DNA of 64,000 bases from Anaeroplasmataceae bacterium (GTDB lineage Bacteria > Bacillota_I > Bacilli_A > Acholeplasmatales > Anaeroplasmataceae), in assembly GCA_029057785.1 (NCBI GenBank), contig JAIDZC010000021.1:5209-69208 (forward strand), read 5' to 3'. Of the stretch, positions 45,488-53,507 are shown one piece after another (the first letter of the stretch is position 1; each line of letters starts with the position of its first letter). Made by a program: the position numbers and the translations under genes. Below the pieces are notes generated by a model. The model worked only from the letters and a program-made list of their open reading frames with translations, did no database searches and had not been told where the DNA came from.

Positions 45488-45580
45488 TCAAATAAATAAG
45501 AGAGGTTTTTGCCTCTCTTTCATAACTATTTATAGTATAACACTAATATGTAGATGTTTCAAGCAAATTTGGAAAAAAGT

Positions 45581-46270
45581 TTAAAAAAGTGCCTCTTGAT
45601 GGAAAGGATCCAGCTTTTGATACTCTCCATTATAATAATAAGAATAAATCATACGGTATACTCGAGGAGTAATTCCAGGAATATGATAGATATCTTCAAA
45701 TCTTGAAATAAGGCTTCTGTTTGCCTCCAAATTAGCAAGCTGGATTTCATCTAGCTTGGCAAATTTTTTTAAATGCTGTAAATCAAAGCTTTGAAATGCA
45801 GAAATCATTTGAATTTCTAGGTTAGAAGGACCTTCAATATCAAAGCAGATATAGCATTCAATTGTAAGAGGCTTTAGATATTTTTCCATAATCGGTAAAA
45901 CACTTACCATTCTTAAACCATCCTCATCACACCCTAAAAGTGGAAAAGCTACTTCTGTTATTCCATATTCCTTGTAATGCTTAACAAAGTATTTTAAGGA
46001 ATTTTCAATAGTTTCAAGATTGGTAGGGAATGCAAAGGATTCATAACAAAGCATATTGATTACTTTAATAGAGTCTTCTTCAAACAAATAAGATTCATAA
46101 AGCTTCAAGCTTCTTTCCTTAAAACGGTTTAAATAATCCTGATACATCCTTGGAAATCTTGTAGAAAATTCTAATCCTTCCTTAGAATCCATATTTCCAG
46201 ATAGATTGATTTGATTAATAATAGCACTACATTTTGAATTGATACAATCACAGTTCAAATATTTGACCAT
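45581..46270 (-). CDS. hypothetical; diverged macro-domain-like protein with C-terminal helix-hairpin-helix
   Basis: 229 aa. LNCDC..GNMDSKEGLEFSTRFPRMYQDY and VAFPLLGCDEDGL resemble the two loops of Macro_2-type macro domains (NCxG.MG.GIA..F..RFP / AFPxIGCGxGG) but are degenerate. C-terminal HIPGITPRVYRMI is HhH-like. Assignment by eye only. Confidence 0.45.
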   Translation of the reverse strand: MVKYLNCDCINSKCSAIINQINLSGNMDSKEGLEFSTRFPRMYQDYLNRFKERSLKLYESYLFEEDSIKVINMLCYESFAFPTNLETIENSLKYFVKHYKEYGITEVAFPLLGCDEDGLRMVSVLPIMEKYLKPLTIECYICFDIEGPSNLEIQMISAFQSFDLQHLKKFAKLDEIQLANLEANRSLISRFEDIYHIPGITPRVYRMIYSYYYNGEYQKLDPFHQEALF

Positions 46271-46340
46271 ATCTTTTCACCTCGAATCATAAAATAAGAA
46301 ACATCCATTTTATAAAAGTATGGATGTCTAAAAAAATATA

Positions 46341-46592
46341 TTATCCTTTTAATCCCTGTGTTTGGCGTTCCATATTTTCTACAACGATATCATGTATTTC
46401 GCCTAAAGACGCAGCATACTCTAATACCTTCCATGGTGTATTTGTATGGAAATGAATCTTAATTAATTCATCATCTCCTACTGCAAGTAGGCAGTCGCCT
46501 TTAATATTTTCTGTAATATAATCAGAGATAACATCCTCATCTAAATCGTGTCCTGCAATTAATAACTGTGTGTCAAATTTGTATTCTAACAT
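46341..46592 (-). CDS. small YloV-central-region-like protein (83 aa)
   Basis: GDCLLAVGDDELIKIHFHTNTPWKVLEYAASLGEIHDIVVENMERQ resembles the middle segment of the DAK2-fusion protein YloV. Start taken at ATG 46592. Confidence 0.45.
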   Translation of the reverse strand: MLEYKFDTQLLIAGHDLDEDVISDYITENIKGDCLLAVGDDELIKIHFHTNTPWKVLEYAASLGEIHDIVVENMERQTQGLKG

Positions 46593-46698
46593 AATATACT
46601 TCCTTTCTTCTATGCTTTGATTATAAATCAAAATGCTGATTTCTTCAAGAAAAAAATGCTAGAATGGGGTTCTAGCATTGGATTTATATTATTTTTTT

Positions 46699-47448
46699 CT
46701 AAAATAAGCAACAGAATATATCTATAATAAAGCTCCACAAATGCGGAAATTCTCTTAGGATTGTACCACGTAATTCTTCTTGTGTGAAATCAGATATTCC
46801 ATTTGATGTATGGAAAATAAAATCTCCTTGGCACATATCCCCTATAGCAATATGAGCATTAGCATATCCACCACAGGCTATATTTTTCGCAATGGCACAT
46901 CCTCCAAAGGAATAAAGCCCTATGGATAAACCACCAAAGCTAAAGAGTCCAACTGCAACACCTCCAAAGGCCAAAGCACCAATGGAAATAGCTCCTAAAG
47001 ATACGAGTAATCCTAGAGAAAAGCAAGCCCAGGTGAATAGTCCTAAGCCTAATAATCCAAGGGTGAAAACTCCTATAGATAGAAGACCAATGGAAACGAC
47101 CCCAGTGGCAATATTTCCAATAGCAATAATCCCTTTTGCCCGATATAGACCAACTCCAAAGTGAACATGTACTAAGGGTACTCCAAATACTTTCCTTTTA
47201 CTTACATATTCATAAACCTTACTTTTAGACTTTATTTCTACTTTCTTTTCTTCTTTATTTCCGACAAGCTCATCTATAGATATATGAAATAATTTAGAAA
47301 TATCTATTAATATATCCATATCGGGAACTGTGATACCCAACTCCCATTTTGAAATGGTCTGTCTTGTTACATGAATTTGACTCGCCAAATCCTCTTGTGA
47401 TAAATTATGTTCCTTTCTTAATTGGATTAAATGTTCACCAAAAGTCAT
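46699..47448 (-). CDS. XRE-family HTH protein fused to a Gly-zipper-rich membrane domain
   Basis: N-terminal HTH (LSQEDLASQIHVTRQTISKWELG). The C-terminal half is built of repeated G/S/A-x3-G hydrophobic segments (SIGLLSIGVFTLGLLGLGLF...). Confidence 0.75.
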   Translation of the reverse strand: MTFGEHLIQLRKEHNLSQEDLASQIHVTRQTISKWELGITVPDMDILIDISKLFHISIDELVGNKEEKKVEIKSKSKVYEYVSKRKVFGVPLVHVHFGVGLYRAKGIIAIGNIATGVVSIGLLSIGVFTLGLLGLGLFTWACFSLGLLVSLGAISIGALAFGGVAVGLFSFGGLSIGLYSFGGCAIAKNIACGGYANAHIAIGDMCQGDFIFHTSNGISDFTQEELRGTILREFPHLWSFIIDIFCCLF

Positions 47449-47568
47449 GAGTGCTTCCTCCTTGTTTATTTCTATTCTATAGTTTGTTTATAAAAAATAC
47501 AAGCAAAACAAGTTGGAAATGCCGCACTTTAAATTAACATTTTAAAAAAATGATGTTATAAGATGAAT

Positions 47569-49866
47569 TTAAGAGGAAATTTCTTCCAAAATATCTTTTT
47601 TTTCAAAATATAGTACTTCATCATTTTCATTCTCATTTTTCGTTATAGATATGAAAGGTGCTTCTGTATAGTGGTTGCAAACAATACATCTACGACCAAT
47701 CCCCTCTATTTGATATTTATGCTCTATCTCAAGATATCTCCCACAATAACAATAGGAATAATGAGAGTTATCATCTTTTGGGAAATATGAGTAAGTATAA
47801 CCATGCTGATGATTTGGAGAATACATATAAATTGTATATTCACCTGTACCTATCCAGTTAAACCCTCTAACTCTTAAATAAATCGTTTGTGATTTATTTA
47901 GTGCATATGTTATCATAAAATTATGATCTTCATCATCTATGTCATCTTCATAAGTAATTCGCCCAGTTGTACTTTGACCCACTTTGACTCTATGATAAAG
48001 TTCACCATAAGTATCCGTATCACCTGAGGTTTTGAAGACATAATGAGCTGTTTCAGGAGCAGTAAAGCTATACCAGTGACATTCCCCAGTTCCAAGCGTC
48101 TTGGTGATATTTGAAGTATAAAGTAATGTTATCACCTCAGGAGTATAGTATCTAGTCCATTCTCCTTCATAGCTTGTTGTAGGGTAGCTATTCTCATGTC
48201 TTGTCACAGAAACGTAGAAATAAGTTCCTGAGTTTATCACATTTTCCCATAGATATTCATCAAGAGAAAGGCTATTTTCTTGTGTAACATTACTTGTTCC
48301 AATTAGAGTTCTAGTAGAATCGTAAAAATTTAGTTGATAACTATAATTGTTATAATAGTTTGAATCTTGTTCAGGCTTATAGGACCAACTAAAACTAGCA
48401 CCATTTATATCGATTTGATCTGCAGTAGCGATAGATGGAGCTAGTCCATAATAAGATAGAATTCTTCCATAGACGGAAAACTCTTCTTTATTAGAGTACA
48501 TATTTCTAAAGTAGGTATCAAATTCTTGAAATGTAGTTGCATTACTATTCGTAATTAAATCCCACATCGTTTTATGTCCTAAAGTCAAACCATCTCTATC
48601 CATATCATAGTTACTGTCATCATACATTTCATAGAAAATGGACTGAATTGTTCCTTCATTATCCTCTCCCAATTTTCTACTATCTGTTAAGGAATATCCC
48701 CAACCTCTAGAACCTATATAGTTAGAATCTCCTACATTTGGAATATTCATTAAATCCTCTGCAAAATACTGTTGAGCCACTATAGCAAAATAAGTTGGAA
48801 AGCATTCCTCCCACGCCATTTTGTTTCCCTGGAGTTTGCAGTCTCTTTCCTTTATAGCCTTCTTTGCAGCTGCACAACTTTTACATTGAGGTTCTTCATT
48901 AGAATTAGGACTTCTATCCTCTTCTGCAAAACCTTTAAAATGCTTCATATAATGATCTGCCATTCGAAGATCATAATGATCTTCTCCTGGACCATCATCA
49001 AAACCTAATCCCAATTGAACATGATGTCCATATTCATGCATTATCATATCCCACAAGGAATAAATGGGATAAACTGAATTAGTGGATCTTCCTATAAAAA
49101 TTGTACGCTTTTCAAAATCAAACCATGCGGGATCATTATTGGATTGATTATGTGGATATACGACAGTTGTAGGTGCAATGTATGAGCCATACATTTCTTT
49201 TACATATTTTGATGCATAAATAACAGGCTGTGTAATTTGAAGAGCGTGACAAATGAATCTATCAATTGTTTCATTTTCATTAGTGAATTTATTTTTAACA
49301 GCTCCTGTCATTAAAAAAATCTTAGAGAAATTTAACATATCTCCAAATTTAAAATTTTCTTTATAACCTATATTTACACTATATTTATTGCCATCACTAT
49401 TACAGACTTTTATGTTTTCGCCTTCAGCTACTAATTCTATACTCAAATTATGGTTCCCATTGCTAAAATCTAAAAGCTGTGTGTCTTTTTTAAAGTCAAA
49501 TTGAAAGTATCCATTTTTATCTGTATAGGTTGATCCTATTTTTTTCCGTCCACTAGATTGTACATCCCATAGTTCTACAAGAACATATTGTAAAGGATGA
49601 GTCTTTTCCTCATCGGTTTCCTTATTACCATCTTCATCCATCCATTCAAAAGTACCTTCTACAAACGTATCAGGTGTTTTTGAAGAAACTAAATTTGGTG
49701 CCACTTCCCTCAAAGTTGAAAGCCTGCCTACACTAATATCTACATTATATTCTTCTATATCGTTAGTACTATAAGAAGTAGGTGTATCTTCTGCTGCGTT
49801 AACATTCATAGAAATGCCCAAAAATAGAGCTAATATTATAACTAAAAAACTTATTATTTTTTTCAT
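47569..49866 (-). CDS. secreted zinc metalloprotease-like protein with PPC domain and Cys4 C-terminal tail
   Basis: 765 aa. Signal peptide (..SMNVNA/AE), a prealbumin/Cna-B-like segment (TDKNGYFQFDF), HEYGH zinc motif (encoded ~49023-49037), a pre-peptidase C-terminal-like domain (CHWYSFTAPETAHYVFKTSGDTDTYGELY), and a terminal CxC-x18-CxxC. Confidence 0.7.
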   Translation of the reverse strand: MKKIISFLVIILALFLGISMNVNAAEDTPTSYSTNDIEEYNVDISVGRLSTLREVAPNLVSSKTPDTFVEGTFEWMDEDGNKETDEEKTHPLQYVLVELWDVQSSGRKKIGSTYTDKNGYFQFDFKKDTQLLDFSNGNHNLSIELVAEGENIKVCNSDGNKYSVNIGYKENFKFGDMLNFSKIFLMTGAVKNKFTNENETIDRFICHALQITQPVIYASKYVKEMYGSYIAPTTVVYPHNQSNNDPAWFDFEKRTIFIGRSTNSVYPIYSLWDMIMHEYGHHVQLGLGFDDGPGEDHYDLRMADHYMKHFKGFAEEDRSPNSNEEPQCKSCAAAKKAIKERDCKLQGNKMAWEECFPTYFAIVAQQYFAEDLMNIPNVGDSNYIGSRGWGYSLTDSRKLGEDNEGTIQSIFYEMYDDSNYDMDRDGLTLGHKTMWDLITNSNATTFQEFDTYFRNMYSNKEEFSVYGRILSYYGLAPSIATADQIDINGASFSWSYKPEQDSNYYNNYSYQLNFYDSTRTLIGTSNVTQENSLSLDEYLWENVINSGTYFYVSVTRHENSYPTTSYEGEWTRYYTPEVITLLYTSNITKTLGTGECHWYSFTAPETAHYVFKTSGDTDTYGELYHRVKVGQSTTGRITYEDDIDDEDHNFMITYALNKSQTIYLRVRGFNWIGTGEYTIYMYSPNHQHGYTYSYFPKDDNSHYSYCYCGRYLEIEHKYQIEGIGRRCIVCNHYTEAPFISITKNENENDEVLYFEKKDILEEISS

Positions 49867-49885
49867 ACAACTTATCTCCTACCTG

Positions 49886-51112
49886 CTATTTTCTAATAAC
49901 GTAATCACACCAATAGGATTGATAGTCATCAAATGGAATCAACGCAGATATCATATAATAGTCAATTACTATTTTAGAGGGGAAGTCAAAAGTGCTATAA
50001 TGATTGTGCTTGACAAATGTTGAATCAATTAAATCAACTTCAGTATCATATTCTTCTTTTGTGATTATTCCTTCTTCATAAGCAATATTAATTAATTGTT
50101 TTGCACGTACATTTGGTGTTACATCATAGCCATAAGTTAAACATTTCTCATCTATAGAAAAAAACATTCTAATATTATTTGAATAATATGTGTAACTATC
50201 TCTATTACTTTCTACATATGGCATTACTGAAATTACCATAGGTCTATTTTCAGATGCACACCTAAATATCCGATCGACATATTCTTTTTTCGTGATAATA
50301 TTCTTTTCATATAATCGATTTAAGCTTTTATACATCGCCAAATCAAATGCCTCAACAATGATTTTTTGATAGGAATTATCCTCTGCTTGATACTGTATAG
50401 TTTTCGAATTACTTTCATCTATTAGGATTGTTCCTAATTCATCATTGATATGATATATAAACTGCATTAGCTGAAAGTCATTATTATAGTAATACCTATA
50501 ATCCCTATAAAAATTATAATACTTTCCACGTTCTTCTTCATCTTCTTTGCGTCTTCTTATGAGTTCTGCTTTATATTCTTCAGACATATCAAAATCTAAT
50601 AATACCAATATATGATCGATTATAGAAATTGTCTTTGTGGCCTTTACTCTAAGCTGAATATCTACAGGAGATTCTGTAACTCCTAAATCAACTCCAAATT
50701 CCTTACAATCGTTATAGACATATTCTGTTGGAGATAAGAAGGTGAAATTATCTGATATAAACTTTATTTTTAAATCGCTTGTTTCTCTTTCAGGATGAAA
50801 GTGATCTATTCGATATCTTATTACAAATTCTTCATCATAATCATAGGTATCTTTTTCTATGTCTATTCTATAAGAAATCCAAATTGATGTCACCCGAAGA
50901 GTTCCGCTTGGCTGACCAAGTCTATAATCGAGGATATAATCGTCGCTACCAAAATGTACCCCTTCTTTTACATAAGGTTTTGTTTTGTCTATAGGTTTCT
51001 TATTTAAATGAATTGAAACAAGTACAATTGTAAGGATTACTGCAAAAAGTAGAATACCTGTACTACTAAAAATTATGATATGGTTTCTTTTCTTCTTGAT
51101 TTGATTATTCAT
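49886..51112 (-). CDS. hypothetical type-II membrane protein, tandem paralogue A
   Basis: GGGAGGTG SD before ATG 51112. Lys-rich N-terminus, one TM helix, and a ~370-aa Tyr/Asp/Glu-rich ectodomain. Roughly 70% identical by eye to the next gene. Confidence 0.6.
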   Translation of the reverse strand: MNNQIKKKRNHIIIFSSTGILLFAVILTIVLVSIHLNKKPIDKTKPYVKEGVHFGSDDYILDYRLGQPSGTLRVTSIWISYRIDIEKDTYDYDEEFVIRYRIDHFHPERETSDLKIKFISDNFTFLSPTEYVYNDCKEFGVDLGVTESPVDIQLRVKATKTISIIDHILVLLDFDMSEEYKAELIRRRKEDEEERGKYYNFYRDYRYYYNNDFQLMQFIYHINDELGTILIDESNSKTIQYQAEDNSYQKIIVEAFDLAMYKSLNRLYEKNIITKKEYVDRIFRCASENRPMVISVMPYVESNRDSYTYYSNNIRMFFSIDEKCLTYGYDVTPNVRAKQLINIAYEEGIITKEEYDTEVDLIDSTFVKHNHYSTFDFPSKIVIDYYMISALIPFDDYQSYWCDYVIRK

Positions 51113-51153
51113 AGGTTTCACCTCCCACTTTTTTACTCTAGATACTGAAAGAT

Positions 51154-52383
51154 TTATTTTTTATTATATACTATATTTTTAATAACAAAGTCACACCAAT
51201 AGGATTGATAGTCATCAAATGGAATTAAGATATGACAAATGTAATAGTCAATAAATACTCTCGAAGGAAAATCAAAAGGGTTATAGTGACTATGCTTGAC
51301 ATATGTTGAATCAATTAAGTTTATTTCAGTATCATATTGCTCTTCTGTAATCATCCCTTCTTCATAAAGGATTGTAACAAATTCTTTTGCTGACTCATTT
51401 CTAGCTAATCCTATATATTTTCCAGTCATAGAAAAAAACGCTCTAAAATTATTTGAACTATATATAAACCCATCGTTATTATTTTCGTTATATTGTAGAA
51501 CTGTAATTACCATAGGTCTATTTCTAGATGCATTCCTAAATATCCGATCAATGTATTCTTTTTTGGTAATTATATCCTTTTCATATAGTCGATTTAAGCT
51601 TTTATACATCGCCAAATCAAATGCCTCAACAATGATTTTTTCGTAATAATTATCTTCCGTTTGATATCGTATGGTTTCCTCGTAACCTTCGTCTACAAAA
51701 ATCGTTCCTAATTCATCATTGATATGATATATGAATTCCATCAGTTGAAAATCATTGTTATAGTAATGATTATAGTCATTATAGAAATTAAAGTTCTTTC
51801 CTCTTTCTTCATCTTCCTTATGTCTTCTTCTAAGTTCTGCCTTATATTCTTCAGACATATCAAAGTCTACTAATATTAAAATATTATCTATTGCAGGAGT
51901 CATTTTTGTGGCTTTTACTCTAAGTTGAATATCAACAGGGCATTCTGTTGATCCATAAGAAACATGAAATTCTTTGCAATCCTTATAGACATATTCTGTT
52001 GGAGATAAAAAGGTAAAATTATCTGATATAAACGTTATTTTTAAATCGCCTGTTTCTCTTTTAGGTTGAAATCGAAGTAATCTATATCTTATTATGAATT
52101 CCTCATCATAATCATAGGTATCTTTTTCTATGTCAATCGCATAAGTGAAATGAGGTGCGTCTGCCATAATGGTTCCCACTGGCTGACCAAGTCGATAATC
52201 CATAATATAATCATCGCTACTAAAATGTATCCCTTCTCTTACATAAGGTTCTGGTTCTTCTATAGGTTTCTTATTTAAATGAATTGAAACAAGTACAATT
52301 GTAAGGATTACTGCAAGTAGTAATACACCTGTACTACTAAAAATTATAATGTGATTTCTTTTCTTTTTGTTTTGATTACTCAT
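51154..52383 (-). CDS. hypothetical type-II membrane protein, tandem paralogue B
   Basis: GGGAGG SD. Same architecture as 49886-51112. Confidence 0.6.
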   Translation of the reverse strand: MSNQNKKKRNHIIIFSSTGVLLLAVILTIVLVSIHLNKKPIEEPEPYVREGIHFSSDDYIMDYRLGQPVGTIMADAPHFTYAIDIEKDTYDYDEEFIIRYRLLRFQPKRETGDLKITFISDNFTFLSPTEYVYKDCKEFHVSYGSTECPVDIQLRVKATKMTPAIDNILILVDFDMSEEYKAELRRRHKEDEERGKNFNFYNDYNHYYNNDFQLMEFIYHINDELGTIFVDEGYEETIRYQTEDNYYEKIIVEAFDLAMYKSLNRLYEKDIITKKEYIDRIFRNASRNRPMVITVLQYNENNNDGFIYSSNNFRAFFSMTGKYIGLARNESAKEFVTILYEEGMITEEQYDTEINLIDSTYVKHSHYNPFDFPSRVFIDYYICHILIPFDDYQSYWCDFVIKNIVYNKK

Positions 52384-52599
52384 ATTTATATACCTCCCAT
52401 TTAATTCTTATCCAACTGAAATTATGTAAAAAAATGTAATAAGCAAAATTATAAAAAAGTAGCTTTTCTTATGTATTTTTCAGTGATTGAATTCTTTTAT
52501 AATATAAGTTTAATATCTTCTTTATTTCTATTATACACTATTTGTAAGAATAAAAAAACTATATAATGTGAATTTTTAGTATAAAACTTACATAAATCT

Positions 52600-52637
52600 A
52601 AAATAAAAGCTCTTCATTTTGAAGAGCAATTTTTTTA
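52600..52637 (-). terminator. terminator after ssrA (bidirectional hairpin)
   Basis: GCTCTTC-ATTTT-GAAGAGC hairpin with T-runs on both sides. Confidence 0.65.
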
Positions 52638-52639
52638 TG

Positions 52640-53022
52640 TGGTGGAGCCGGGGGGAATCGAACCCCCGTACGCAGCAACGCCACTATACTTTCTACACGT
52701 TTAGTTTATTTAAAGTCTTCATTTGCCCTAAGCAAATAAACAAGCCAAAGACAAACTACGCTCTATTAGATTCTTCTACCGAGTTAGAGTAGCACTAGAT
52801 AGGTATATCCTATATGAGTTGAACCTTTGAAGGAATGCTATAGGAGACAAACCTTGCAAGGCCGCTTGGATTAAATTAGCAAGCGTATGCAGCGCTCATA
52901 TTGTTAGAGCGTGCAAATAAATGAGTATTTTTTGCGGTTATTTAACCTCGACGTTTTTGAAGCAGACTACTGCTACGTGCTTATATAGCTTAAATTGCCA
53001 CGGCGAATCCATAAACGACCCC
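52640..53022 (-). ncRNA. ssrA: tmRNA (transfer-messenger RNA)
   Basis: 5' GGGGTCGTTTATGGATTCGCC..., 3' ...GGGGGTTCGATTCCCCCCGGCTCCACCA (encoded CCA). Internal tag ORF after TTAAATAACC. Directly downstream of smpB. Confidence 0.92.
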
Positions 53023-53051
53023 ATGGAATTCTATAGACTTATGCTATAGAA

Positions 53052-53504
53052 TTAATATCTTGTTGCATCCTTTAATGCTTTTTCGATTCTTCTTTTACTA
53101 TCCTTTTCTTTTAGAGATTCCCTCTTATCTGTAAGCTTTTTACCTTTACATAAGGCTATTTCAATCTTGAGCAAAGAACCCACAAAATAAGCCTTTAGGG
53201 CAACTATGGCTAAACCCTCAAGCTTAACCTTAGTGGCAAGCTTCACTGTTTCATGCTCATGAAGTAAGAGTTCTCTAGAACGAAATTCATCATGATTAAA
53301 TATGTTACCTTGATCATATTTTGCTATATTCATATTGATGATATAGGGCTTATTGTTCTTAATTAAAACATAGGCATCATTGATATTACATTTGCCTGCT
53401 CGTACGGATTTGATTTCTGTTCCAGTGAGCTTAATTCCAGCTTCAAATTTGTCTAGGATAAAGTATTCAAAACCAGCCTTTTTATTTGTACATACGATTT
53501 TCAT
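53052..53504 (-). CDS. smpB: SsrA-binding protein SmpB
   Basis: 150 aa with canonical NKKAGFEYFI...GTEIKS motif. Confidence 0.95.
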   Translation of the reverse strand: MKIVCTNKKAGFEYFILDKFEAGIKLTGTEIKSVRAGKCNINDAYVLIKNNKPYIINMNIAKYDQGNIFNHDEFRSRELLLHEHETVKLATKVKLEGLAIVALKAYFVGSLLKIEIALCKGKKLTDKRESLKEKDSKRRIEKALKDATRY

Positions 53505-53507
53505 ACG

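Larger units (their letters stand above)
49886..52383. repeat. tandem gene duplication (period ~1274 bp)
   Basis: The two copies share long identical runs, for example a 53-nt identity at 50315-50367 = 51589-51641, interrupted by strongly diverged patches. Confidence 0.8.
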
